Source: Chrysemys picta bellii (Eukaryota). Taken from it: a stretch of DNA of 64,000 nucleotides. Positions 37,734 to 50,188 of this stretch are shown piece by piece; position 1 is the first letter of the stretch, and every line of letters begins with the position of its first letter. The notes below the pieces were generated by a model. It worked only from the letters and a program-made list of their open reading frames with translations, made no database searches and had not been told where the DNA came from. The translations under genes and the position numbers were made by a program. Location of the stretch: positions 78,120,001 to 78,184,000 of the forward strand of contig NC_088800.1 of assembly GCF_011386835.1 (NCBI RefSeq), written 5' to 3'.

Positions 37734-37984
37734 ACCAGAGAATTAGTGTAGTTATGTTCACATGAGAGTAGAATGCTACAGTTTGAAGACTAAGTTTCAG
37801 AGTTACAGTTGCTGATATCATCTAAACTACAAATAAGGGATGTTAATATGTAGATTGAAAGAAGTGGACCTGAGAAAATAATGTTTTTCACTGGTAGACT
37901 TACTAGATAGTTTGGAAACAAAAAAGTCAGGTGAGAAGGACTGCTTTTTCCTCTTTTTGTCTATTACTCCTTCTGACAACAAAA

Positions 37985-38253
37985 ATTACTACATAACCCC
38001 AGGAGGGGGGACTGAAGCCTGAGCCTGCCCAAGTCCCACTGCCCCGGGGGGCCAGAGTCCAAGCCCCACTGCCCTGGGTATGGGGCGCCAAACCCCAAGC
38101 GCTTCAGCCCCAGGCAGGGGGCCTGTAACTTGAGCCCCATCAACCAGAGCTGAAGCCCTCAGGCTTTGACACCAGGCGGTTGGGCTAGGGCTTTGGCTCT
38201 AAACAGGGTCGCAACCCACTTTGGGGTCCTAACCCACAGTTTGAGAACCGCTG
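37985..38253. mobile_element. hAT MITE fragment (one end only)
   Basis: Right TIR AGTTTGAGAACCGCTG and GC-rich body; left TIR not found. Confidence 0.65.
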
Positions 38254-40547
38254 GCCTATATTATGAAGAATGGTCTGTCTAAAGGGGAAATGTTAACAAT
38301 ATTGAACAACACTACTTATTTTCTTTTATGAGTTACTCTTAATTCAAGAATCCTACCTTTCACTTGATGACTATAATATTGTCCTTCTTACAAAAATAGG
38401 ATTGGCAGATGCTCTTCTGGTTTTCCTAGCTTGGTAGCTGTGAGAATGAATCACACTTGTGTTGTTTCTCTTAATACTGATACATCGTACACACATGTTT
38501 TTGTCATTTTTCCAAGGTTGATTATACTTACATAGAATCTCATCTTCTGACTAGTGATTACACATCTTCTCCAAAATTATTTCTTTTGTAGTCCCATTGG
38601 AAATTACTTAGGGACTATATAATGTCTCAGAAATCTAGTTGTCCCTTTAGGTTGCTGATTGTTGATGGCATTTTTTTTAAATGATCTGTTAATTGATTTT
38701 TTTAAAGACATTTTACATACCAAAGAAGCTATGTTAGTATGTATAGAGCAATACAGTATGTTGCTTTCACTAGTAGATGGTAGTAATAACTTATCATAGT
38801 AAACCTGAAATGAAATGAGTCAAAGTTCATGGCATTTATAAATTGTAAAGAATGCCACTAAAAACAAAAGATAGGCATGAATTGTTAGAAGTTAAAACTA
38901 AAAATAAAACTAAGTTTATTGTTAAGAACTCTCATTTGTCTTAGTGGGTGAAATTTAGCTATTGTACAGTAAAAAAAAAAATCCTTTCAGAGAAGAAGCT
39001 GGCATGGCAATGAAGTGAAGATGAACCTGTAGACACAGTTGTCAGGACTAGAATATATTATTTCAGTATCTAAATTAAAAAAAACAAACATACTGAAGCT
39101 ATATATTCCTGTCCCTGCAGCTCTGGCCAAAGGTTCATGCCTACTTCAAAGCTGTATATAGCTTATTATTGAAATTTTTTGCATAATAAATATTATACTG
39201 CTAATGGACAATGACATGGGTTATATGGAAGAACCAAAACTTTGTGAAAGTTCTCATATTTTATAAAATTAAATTTTAGATAATCCTCTGCAAAAAAATT
39301 ATTGAGTGAATGGATAATAATGATAATATAGAAGAGTGATTACCAACTTGTAATTTGCAGACCGCCAGTGATCTGTGGATCTTTTGCTGGTGCTCTACAG
39401 TGAGTTGGCAGGTTATATGGTGCTGACACTCCTCCTTGTGTGCAGCTGCTAAATAGCATTTTAAAAGATCAAATAGATTCCTAATATTGTTTACCCATTT
39501 AAGCAGTTGCTACATTCTTGTTTATTTGTATTATGGTTGTGCATAGTAGCCAGGGCCCCAATGTACAAACATGTAACTAAGAGACAGTCCTTGCTTCCAG
39601 TCATAGGAATGTTATTCAGTTGCCAACACAAGGGTAGGTAGTGTACAAGGCGCTCGCTCTGTTAAGACACGATACAAACAGAAAATGCTTGAGGGATAGG
39701 ATAGGAGAATCGGCTCTAGCTAATCATGCGGGATCAATTTTCTGGACTCGAATAGTAGATTTTTCATTATCTGATTATCATGGTTTGTTTAGGGCTCTGT
39801 GAAGTCCTACAGCACATCATGGAGAGTGAGTGGAAGGAAATAATAGAAAGACCATATATCTAATCTTAGACCCTATGAACTGTCAAAAATGATAGAAAGA
39901 TTGGCATGTATTCTCAAAACATAAAAAATATAAGAGCATTAAATTGGGTTACATTTGGATGCAAGGGGGAAACTGGCATCCTGGAAAGGATAAATGCCTT
40001 TACATTCCAGTGAAGGGCAAATAGAGAGTTTCTTAAATATTGGGAATTTTTTTGTGTTAGGGAGTGGTCCAGTTCTCACTTACAAACTATATGTGCATTT
40101 CAAAACTGGGAGCCTCTGAGGTTTTTGTTAGGAATTACAGAAGATAGAAATTGAATCAGCCAGTAAATCTTTCCCTTAAGAAAGGTGATGAAGTGATTTT
40201 AATACCCAGTTAGTTTAATAAGACTTAATCTGATTCACCTTTATCCCTTGCAGACATCCCCCCGAGTGTTGTCATTACTGTATACCAGTTTTATGGCGGT
40301 CTTGTTAAATTAGTTTGGTTTCAGTTGGGACTTAAAATTTTACGTATTATCTGCATCGTATGTATAAAAGATTTCACTTTTGAGTATTGTAATTGAGGAA
40401 CATTTTACTTCCTCCAGGTAATTCAGAATGGACAGTGATCATTTCTCTCTCAAATTGTTGTTAGATGTAGAACTCATGCGTCTGGCCCTTAAGCTCTGAA
40501 GAAAAGTTAGAGGAAACAGAAAATGAGGATTTTACAGCAGATACTTC

Positions 40548-41762
40548 TGTGATGGGTTCCCTCCGGGGTGCCACCTGGAACTGGGGTACCACTGAGTTCC
40601 CCTGACCCTCCAGCCCGGCTTCCTTTTACACTGTACTGTTGTGACCAGCCTGCACTTTCCCCAGCACAAATGCAGGTAGGGACACACCCCACTGCAGTTA
40701 CATGCAGACGCTGTGAGCAGCCCTGCATAGGAAGGCTCCAGCTAGGGAACTTCCCAGCTACTCAGGCATGCACCCTGTCTGGAGTGTAAACCCAAAATTA
40801 TACCATCTCGTGCTGCACAGGGAACTGTACAGCGTAAGCTCATGAAATTCACCCCTACCTCAATGTGGAGAAGAATACACAACACCTTTCTGCCCCGAGT
40901 TATGACTCTCACACACCAATTTAGACAAAGTAAAAACAAATGTATTCATTACAAAAGATAGATTTTAAATGATTATAAGGGAGAGCAAACAGATCAAAGC
41001 AGATTACCTAGCAAATAAACAAAAACACAAATGAAGCTTAATATATTAAATAGATTGGATATGAATAGCAGATCCTCAGCCTAAGTGATGATACAAGCAG
41101 GCTGCAGATTCTTAAGGGGCAAGCTTCACTTGTCTACAGCTTGGAATCCCCAGGTGTTCCTTTCACAGGCTAAAAATCCCTTTACCCTGGGTCCAGCACT
41201 TCCCCCAGTTCAGTCTTTGTTCCTCAGGTGTTTCCAGGAGTCTCTTTGGGTGGGGAGTCAGTGAAGAACCAAGATGATGTCACTCCTCTGCCTTATATGC
41301 TTTAGCATATGGCGGGAACCCTTTGTTTCAAAGCTTGGTTCCCATGCCAGTCAGTGGAAAAATACTGACATCCCAAGACAGAGTCCAGCACCAGGTGCTG
41401 GTCACATGTCCCTGTAGTGTCCCAGCACTCATGACTCGGAGGCTGTCTGCAGTGTCTTCAGGAAGGCCCCCAGGTGGGAGATAAGCTTCTTCTAAGGCCT
41501 GTTGTTTTCTCTAATGGCCCTTCCCCACCCAGCTTTTCAGAATGAAAACATCTTGTCTAGTGGGCATTCCCCAGGTGTAAACACATTTGTAATGCAGATA
41601 CATAGTCAATATTCCTAACTTCAGATACAAAAATGATACATGCATACAAATAGGATAATCATATTCAAAAAATCCTAACCTTTTCAATGATATCTCACAT
41701 GATCTATCTTCCATAAAATACATCATAATATCACTGTGAAGAATATGGGGTGCAGTGTCACA
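40548..41762. mobile_element. Solo LTR
   Basis: TGTGA...TGTCACA termini; perfect 5-bp TSD ACTTC. Confidence 0.9.
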
Positions 41763-42544
41763 ACTTCTATTACAGATATTTGCTGTGCAGTTGTGGCTGA
41801 TGACATTTTATGAATGGGTAGACAGATTGACAGGTAAAGGGTGTTCACAGCAGTAGGTACTGTAAATACAGTGTATTTGAGTCTTCTAGACAAAGCCTGC
41901 TGTCAGCTGCCTTCATTGCTTTTGTATGAATTGTTCAGTTAGTGGTTATTTCAAAGTTGGGTGATAATGCTATTTGCATCAACAAGCCAGAAATAGATTA
42001 AAATTCACAATCTCCAGATCTGCTAAAACCAAGGAAATAGGAGTGATGAAAAAATGATAAACTTATTGAATTTTTGGGGTATTTTTAAGAACAATGTCTG
42101 TGTTGGTTGTTCCTATTAAACATTAATGTATGGTTTTGTTGAAAGCTAAGAAAAGTTTTATCTGTGGGAGGACTTTGGAGAGGCAGTTTAGTTTTAAGAC
42201 ATTCTCATGGGATTTGGTACTGACAAATGGGAATTCAGAGTAAATACTGAAGTTTGTATAATAAAAAGCAACTGGAAAAGAGTATTTTTAAGCAGCTTTA
42301 CTATTTTATCTTTAATTCTGCATATTAATGTCTTAAGCTCTGTCGATTGGACTTTCGCTTCATGGCCTGCAGCAACAGCAGCAGAAGCGTATCTCCTAAT
42401 TTTACAACAAAAATATCTAGCTTTGGGGATAGTTAATGGACCAAATTCTTTACCCCGATAACCGACTGGAATTGCTAGGGATGTACAGGCCTAAGTGAGG
42501 GCAGAATTTGGCCCTGTTTTCATATAGAAGGTAAGGGCTTAAAT

Positions 42545-43000
42545 GTTTCTTGGTGGACACCAATTTGATGCCCTTTTTAGTGTTATTAATCAATCTGGCT
42601 CTTTTCCTAGGTACTGAGATATACATATTATAATTCCAGTTTTGAAGGAGGGTGATAAAATTGAACCTTCATGTTATGGACCCGTTTGTCTTATTGATGT
42701 CCCAACTAAATTCTATGCAAGGTTTTTGCTGACCAAACTATTGCAGTAAGAGGCTGAAGTTTGTTATTTTTGTGAAGAACAGATTGGCTTCTGGTTTTCT
42801 CATTCTGTTATTGATCAGTGTTTTGTATTGTCTCCCTGGGTCAATAAATATGTAAATATCCCCAAATCAAAAGCTGTATGCTGGTTTGCTCACCTTTGGG
42901 CAGCCTTTGATTTCTTACATATGAATCTTGTTAGCTGCAAGATACTTGAAGCAGGGATTAAAAATGAGCCTGAAGTAAGTTTGAATTTTATCTCTCAGGA
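42545..43000 (+). pseudogene. Old non-LTR RT fragment (RTE-X/L2-like)
   Basis: IIPVLKEGD..EPSCYGPVCLIDV..K.YA..L.TKL...EEQIGF....S.IDQCF.L...KY......AAFD follows RT domains 0-3; clade uncertain. Confidence 0.75.
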
Positions 43001-43346
43001 CAGACAATGTGGGGAAGAACTGAGATTTAGCTATCCCTTCTTTGAGTAGTGTCCCTATCTGCACCCCTGCACCTCTAATTGGAAATTTCAGGTAGCAGTG
43101 TCCATTCTGTTGTGTATTTGTTTGTTGTGGTATTAGAATCTTGTGGCTATGGCAATTGAGTTAGATTATTAGGGGATAGCCCAGCCAGTTTTGGCTGGTT
43201 TTTGGTTAGTACAGTGGGTGGCAATAAATGGCTGCTTTTAAGGTTTACAGCTCTCTGTGTCTCAAGTGATTTCTTCCTAAAACTGTTGCCCCCAATGATA
43301 CAACACATTCGACCCACACATTTGCTCTCACTTATGCTATACTATC

Positions 43347-43495
43347 GTGTATTTAGCTGTAACACTCTGAGTACCTTTCCCAGACCCGAAGAAGAGCTCC
43401 GTGTAGCTGGAAAGGTTGTCTCTCTCTCTCACCAACAGAAGTTGGTCCAATAAAAGATATTAATTCACCCACCTTGTCTTTCTAATATCCTGGGG
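43347..43495 (+). mobile_element. Penelope family 2 3' end
   Basis: CCCAGACCCGAAGAAGAGCTC.GTGTAGCT.GAAAG...CACCAACAGAAGTTGGTCCAATAAAAG; hammerhead-like core at 43386-43413. Confidence 0.75.
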
Positions 43496-43507
43496 CAGGG
43501 TGTAGAC

Positions 43508-44390
43508 TGTGACGCCTCCAGCAGGGAGCCTCAAAGGAGCTATTAATAAATAAATAAATTAATGGAGATATCCCATCTCCTAGAACTGGAAGGGACCTTG
43601 AAAGGTCATCAAGTCCAGCCCCCTGCCTTCACGAACAGGACCAAGTACTGATTTTGCTCCAGATCCCTAAGTGCCCCCCTCAAGGATTGAACTCACAACC
43701 CTGGGTTTAGCAGGCCAATGCTCAAACCACTGAGCTATCCCTCCCCCCCACACACACCCTGTCACAGCTTCTTAGTATATCTATGTAATATTCCCCTACC
43801 TGAATGAACAGTTAGATCACAAGGAGTTATTAAATGAAATCAGTCAGAAAAGGTAAAACAGTGTTCTAAGGTAAAAAGCATTCCCTCAAACAATAGCCAG
43901 GTTTATAGCCCTGAAGAGGGACTCCTTAGGTTCCAGGGCTGTCTGGTCAAGGTTGAGAAGAGAGAGATCAAAGGACACTGATCTGTTGAAAGGTGCCCCT
44001 GGGGGAAAGATAGGAGGGAACGGTCAGCAGGCAAGCTGACACAGAGACAGCAGGCTGACTGAGAACCAGGGTCTATACTAAGCAGGTGACAACTTGGTCC
44101 CCAAGATAATGGAGGACACCAAGGCTGTTATGTCCACCTAGGGACTTGAGTGGAATAACAAGTGTAGATAAGACAGTATGTGTATAGGTTTTTTTGTTGT
44201 TTTACATTCACTTCTCCGTGTACCTTTGGGCAAAATAAAACATACTTTCTTTTGGAGAAGTTGCTGTGTGACTGTTACTGTCAGCAGGCTCCCAAAGGGA
44301 AACTCTTGCAGGCACCAATCCCATAGGGCCTACAAAGTAATATAATATGGTTGGCAACCAGAAGGATGTAAGCCAGAGACCCATTGCTAC
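43508..44390. mobile_element. Possible LTR interrupted by a SINE
   Basis: TGTGAC start, AATAAAA near 44234, ends CTAC(A) at the Penelope junction; no TSD recovered. Confidence 0.4.
43545..43745 (-). mobile_element. Tortoise Pol III/SINE (Cry-type): tRNA-derived head plus CR1-like 3' tail
   Basis: Minus strand GGGAGGGATAGCTCAGTGGTTTGAGCA...GAGTTCAATCC (A/B boxes), then GATGACCTTTCAAGGTCCCTTCCAG and an (ATTT)n tail. Confidence 0.92.
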
Positions 44391-44870
44391 AATGAATCAT
44401 AAAACTAGTGTCTATTTAGTTCATGGTTTTTAGTGTCTAGCAGATATATGAATTTAAATTTCCAAGCGCATCTTTTGAAGGGGTTGTGCAGCTTTCCTTT
44501 GAGAATGAGGACTGAGAGGTCAGATATGGACCTTCAAAAAGATGCGCTTGGGAATTTAAATTCATAAATCTGTTATATACTAAAAAACATGGCCTAAACA
44601 GAGACACTGGTTTTATGGTTCATTACAACAATTTGTAACGAACCCTACTGCCTGATAACCCTTAACTGCCCACTTAATTTTAATTGATCTTCTACAGAAT
44701 GTGTGAACCCCTTATGTTTAACAATCTGTCCCAACTTGTATTTCCTCAAACTTTCTGGCTATCTTCCCCAGACCTGAAGAAGAGCTCTATGAAGCCCGAA
44801 AGCTTCCCTTCCGCCTGCAGAAGTTAATTCATTAAAATATTATCTCACATATCTTCTTTCTCTCACAGAA
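44391..44870 (+). mobile_element. Penelope family 2 3' fragment with 5' inverted duplication
   Basis: GIY-YIG tail ..WEFKFINLLYTKKHGLNRDTGFM; inverted arms 44391-44481 / 44531-44624; hammerhead-like core 44774-44801. Confidence 0.8.
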
Positions 44871-46603
44871 TTAACTATCAGTCATATTGTTTATTTCTGT
44901 CATTTGTCATTTAAAATGTAACAATGCAGTCATGTTGTACATGACGTGTTATAATTGTAGCATAGCAATTAATTCTGTTCCACTTTGTACAGTTCCCCCC
45001 CCCCCCCAGCAATTCACACAAACAACTTTTTTTTCTAAATGGACAATTGTTCTGATACTTACAGCCTGAACTGACTAGAATATTTTTTTGTCAAATGTAG
45101 TGGCTCAGGAAGAACATTGTAATGTTTTGATGAATTTTGCTCACTCATTGTAAGTTCAGTGTTCCAAACTGACCCCTTGAGCTAATCAGCATTGTTCCTT
45201 TAAATGGTCATATTGGCCACTTGTAAGATTCTTTACCTCCCTTTTCCAAACCAATGTTAAATCAGATGTATTTCAAGTACTGACTGCTCCTTTCTAGTTT
45301 ACCATGCCACTACTTTGTGTTTTCTCTCTAATGTTGTGCATTTTTTGTTCGATGGTAAAAAATTGTTCTATTTATTGGATACCAAGTAAATTAAATGTTG
45401 TTATTATTTGCAGTTCTTCATACAACTTTTTGAGTCAGAGAAAATCATGCTTCTAACACCTAATTTTATTTCTGCTGAGATTATTCAATTTTTAAAATAT
45501 TTTAAAAAATGAAGTTGAGAAGTTGCCAATTCCCCCCGGATGGAAGAGGTAAAGTGCACCCACTCTTACTACAGTTACTCTCAGTGAAGAGGAGCTGATC
45601 TTCTTACATCCCTTGGATATGAACATATGGCCTTCCAAAGACATCTTCCTGCCAATTGCCAGTGTCCCCTGCAAATGCAGAGAGTGAAAAGGAATTCCGT
45701 TTCCACTCTTGAGTGAAAGATGTTTACCAAGTAGGCCCTTTCCTTTTGTAATGAAGCTCTACAAACTCATTTTTTGTTGGCAGGAACTCAAATCTCTGGG
45801 TATACTATGAATACTTCTGAAATGTCAGTCTGTATTTCAAAATTTCACTGTGTACCAGTACTCATTATTTAAAGCACAAATAGAAGGGATTTTGTTACTG
45901 CACCTTTTCCTTCCTCTCTGCCTATTATAAAGTTTTTTTAAGATGTAGGGGAAGAGAGGCAAGGCCAGACTGATCATTTTGTTTTTCTTTTTAGGCATTT
46001 GCTTACCGCTTGTCCTCTCCTGTGTTAAAAATCATTAAAAAATACTGTTTTTTTTAATTAGTACACTAATATAAAAATGACCAGCATGTGATTTACATGA
46101 TAGATAAAGCCACCATGGATTAGGTATTGATTTGGGAAACCAATATTGGAGCTAGTCTAAGCATTTGGAAAAACATCACCTAAGTGATTTGGAGGCTTAC
46201 TCTATTATCTCTATATAGTTATCACTACTGTAGTTATAGTGCTCCAAGTAGAATTTTAAAACAAAATTAACATTTGAAAAACTTTACATATTTTTAATGT
46301 TACTGACTGAAAGCTTTGCATGAAATCTTCAAACAAAAATAAAAAATTAGCCCTAATATCCTCTCTTCATTCAATTGAAGGAAATAGGACACATTTGTTA
46401 TTGTACGTATTGTGAGTTTATGCTGTATTTTTCTTATCTCTAATTTGCAATGAATCTTTGACATTTAGTTTCAGAGTGTGCAAATTAGTTTTTATTGAAT
46501 AAATAAATGACAATAGCTTGATTCACTTGTAGTCTTTATCCAAAGTATACTCTAAATATCCCTAAACCATGGATACATAGTTTAGATCACCACAAACTAT
46601 TAT

Positions 46604-46821
46604 AAAGCAACAGAGGGTCCTGTGGCACCTTAGAGACTAACAGAAGTACTGGGAGCATAAGCTTTCGTGGGTAAGAACCTCACTTCTTCAGATGCAAGAA
46701 GAAGAAGTGAGGTTCTTACCCACGAAAGCTTATGCTCCCAGTACTTCTGTTAGTCTCTAAGGTGCCACAGGACCCTCTGTTGCTTTTTACAGATTTAGAC
46801 TAACACGGCTACCCCTCTGAT
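46604..46821 (+). mobile_element. Penelope hairpin insertion
   Basis: Essentially perfect inverted arms; 3' end CTACCCCTCTGATA; 12-bp TSD ACAAACTATTAT (46592-46603, 46822-46833). Confidence 0.93.
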
Positions 46822-46838
46822 ACAAACTATTATGACAG

Positions 46839-47460
46839 GTTTCAGAGTGGTAGCCGTGTTAGTCTGTATCAGCAAAAACAACTAGGAGTCCTTGTGGTAC
46901 CTTAGAGACTAACAAATTTATTTGGACATAAGCTTTCATGGGCTAGAACCCACTTCATCAGATGCATGGAGTGCAAAATACAGGAGCAGGGATAAATACA
47001 TGAAAAGTTGCCTTACCAAGTGTCTAACGAGACAATTCAACTAACAGTAGGATACCAAGGGAGGAAAAATAACTTTTGTAGTGGTAATGAGAGTGGCCTA
47101 TTTCAAACAGTTGACAAGAAGGTGTGAGTAACAGTAGGGGGAAATTAGTATGGGGGAAATTAGGTTTAGGTTTTGTAATGACCCAAACACTCCCAGTCTT
47201 TATTCAGGCCTAATTTGATGGTGTCCAGTTTGCAAATTAATTCCAGTTCTGCAGTTTCACATTGAAGTCTGTTTCTGAAGTTTTTTTGTTGAAGAATTGC
47301 CACTCTTAGGTCTGTTATTGTGTGACCAGTGTTCGCCTACTGGTTTTTGAATGTTATAATTCCTGATGTCAGATTTGTGTCCATTTATTCTTTTTCAAAG
47401 AGACTGTCCGGTTTGGCCAATGTACATGGCAGAGGGCATTGCTGACACATGATGGCATAC
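46839..47460 (-). mobile_element. Penelope 3' fragment (pLTR plus GIY-YIG tail), older subfamily
   Basis: Begins GTTTCAGAGTGGTAGCCGTG; minus strand YAIMCQQCPSAMYIGQTGQSL..RINGHKSDIRN. Confidence 0.9.
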
Positions 47461-48736
47461 ACTTATGTTCACACTTGAAGCCAATGGGATTACTCATGTT
47501 CTTAGAGTTAAGCACGTGCATAAGTATTTGCTGGATCAGGGCTTCAAACAGTAACTTCAGAAAATTGAAAACCCAACTTAAATGATATAAAATCTGATCT
47601 GTATAAATGACAAATGATTATCTGTTTCATATTTAAGGACTAAGCTAGTTCAGTAAAAGGCTTATTCTGAATGATCTATCCCTTTTCAGTTGTGGATGAC
47701 CATTTTAATTATGTGAACAAGGGAAGGAACAAAGTTTAATTGAGGGTTTACATTCTAGCAGGAGATGTGTGTGCATGTTTTATATATATATATATATATT
47801 TTTTTTTTTTCCCTCAGTGTACCACCTTCATTTACAAGATTATCCCCAGGAATCATATATTATAATAGTTTCATGGTTAGTGAGCATTAGTAATGTAAAA
47901 TAAAATAAAATAAAAAAATAAGGTAAATGTCTTAGGCAAAAACAAAATAACTTCAATCATTGCCAAGGTTTATCTAAATCTTTCAGACTATCACAATGTT
48001 ATTGTAAAGTATAGTAATTCATTTCAACGGTAGATTGGCTTATTACTTCTACAGTAATTTCTCTGTAAGATGTGCGTGTGTGTGTACACAGACAAACACA
48101 TAACATATGTACATTCTGTCTATACACATACACACACTTAATTCAAGAGAGGATGAAAGGTAACCCTACAGAATTTTAATGGATAATTCTGAGTCCTTTC
48201 CCCCCAACAAAGAATATATACAGATTAAACAGGACAGCAACTATACAAAACTTCCATTCTGGTGCCTTTCAGCTAGCTTAGCTTCACTTCATTTCCATTC
48301 CATTGTTTTCTCAGTCTCTCTCCTATCTTGCTGGGATGAGGCAGCAGACTACAGTCTTGCCTGCTTTCTGAAGTGGCTTCTGCCATCATGCCAAAGTAGC
48401 AGTCTTGGCTTCCAAGCTGCCCAGCCTGCACCATGGAGGACAGCCAGCTTCACAGGGACTCACATTAGCTGGAGTGTCCCACTAGGGTCTTGGAATAGAG
48501 TGCCTGAAACCTATTACTTGACTCTCCTCCTCCTATCATCTCCACAGAACATTAAAGTGATCTTCACCTCAGGGGTTGTTGCTTGACTAAACAAGGACTT
48601 TGCCAGATCACAGGTGAATATAAGGAAACCCTCTCTCCCCGCCCCCCCCACTCCCAAGTAGCTCCTACAGTTGGGCCTCCCCAGAGTGTTATTTCATTTT
48701 GGTGGGCAGAGAATAATTTATCTCCAAGTTCTTCAG

Positions 48737-49179
48737 TAGGCTGGCCAAGTGCCTGGTTTTTGACTGAAAAGTCCACTCGAAAAGGAGACCTGACAGTATC
48801 TGGTCAGATCTACTGAATGGACACCCAATGTCCAGTTACTGCGGGCAGGGGAGACGCTGGGTCATCACCCGTGCCAGCCCCTATTCAGCTGGGGCTGCCT
48901 CTTACCTGTGTCGGGTGGCTGCAGCTCCCAGCCCTGGCTCCACAAGTGAGTCCCTCCTGACCCGGGTGGGGGAGTGGGAGGGGAAAAGCAGTGAGCGAAA
49001 AGGGGGAGGGGAGAAGAGGAGTGGATGGAGGGCAGGGCCTCAGGGAAAGAGGCAAGGCAGGGCCTCAGGGGACCAGGTGGGGCAGGGGCGGGCCTCAGGG
49101 GGAAGAAGCGGGGCAGGGAAGGTTCCGGCATTCCTGCTGGAATGTCCAGTTTTTAAATATTACAAAGTTGGCAACCCTA
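48737..49179. mobile_element. hAT (Blackjack-like TAGGG TIR) non-autonomous element
   Basis: TAGGCTGGCCAA / TTGGCAACCCTA; perfect 8-bp TSD TTCTTCAG. Confidence 0.88.
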
Positions 49180-49928
49180 TTCTTCAGTATGCCCAGGCCT
49201 GTTTTTCCCCCTTTCCTCTGCTATTCATATGGACAGAGGAGTGGAAAGTTCTGTTTTCTTGACTCTAAATTGGTGGTTATAGATGCTCACAAGAGGGTTT
49301 CTGAAAAAAGATGGGAACATTGTTATTAAATATGCACCTGGTACATTTAAGATCCACTCATTGGGGAATTGGAAAATGATTTATCTCCCTGTTTTTTTGG
49401 ATGAAGCCCAAAGGAAGGATACCTTGCCTATCTTCTCTTCAGTTAAAAAAGACTGACAATACTTGTTGGGAATCCCCAAATGCCATGGTTTATGGGGCCA
49501 CACCAGTGAGCAAGCGGTATAGTGTAGACAGTGAGTCTTAGGAACTCTGGTTAATCTCCCCTACCTCACTCTGGATGGATCCCTCAGTGACAGCCTGTAT
49601 GAAGCCTTGTATGATACCAACATTTTATATGAAAGCATTTCAGGAACTGTAGGAATTTTGAGTTGGCTGACACTCAGCTAGAGTAATTTCTTTAGGCCTC
49701 CTTTATCTCTAGAGCTTGTGTACATGGTAGGGCTCAAGGGGCCATGATTAGTTTTCCTTATGTGGAGACTCATGTTTAAAAAGTTTGTGAAATGCTGTTC
49801 TAATCCAATCCTTTTGAAAACTCAGTTTTAAGCTAAAGAACCAGCAGCTGTGTTTAATATGACCTCTCAGAGTAGAAATCTACATAGGACAGACAAACTC
49901 TTAAGTGTTCTGTCTCAGGATACACTAT

Positions 49929-50188
49929 GGGCTTGTCTACACTGGCAATTTACAGCACTGCAACTTTCTCGCTCAAGGGGGTGAAAAAACACACCCCGAG
50001 CGCAGCAAGTTTCAGCGCTGTAAAGCACCAGTGTAGACAGTGCCCCAGCGCTGGGAACCACGCCCCTTGTGGAGTTGGTTTTTTTAGAGTGCTGGGAGAG
50101 CTCTCTCTCAGCGCTGTACCGCGACCACACAAGGCATGTTAAAGCACTGCCGTGGCAGCGCTTTAGCATTGCCAGTGTAGACTAGCCC
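49929..50188. mobile_element. Harbinger MITE (same family as 24790-25027, opposite orientation)
   Basis: GGGCTTGTCTACAC / GTGTAGACTAGCCC; body is the reverse complement of the 24790 copy. Confidence 0.9.

Noticed and set aside
39735-39770. TRIVDFS resemblance to hepadnavirus polymerase RLVVDFSQ
   Set aside because: Only a few residues match and the flanking RT motifs are absent.
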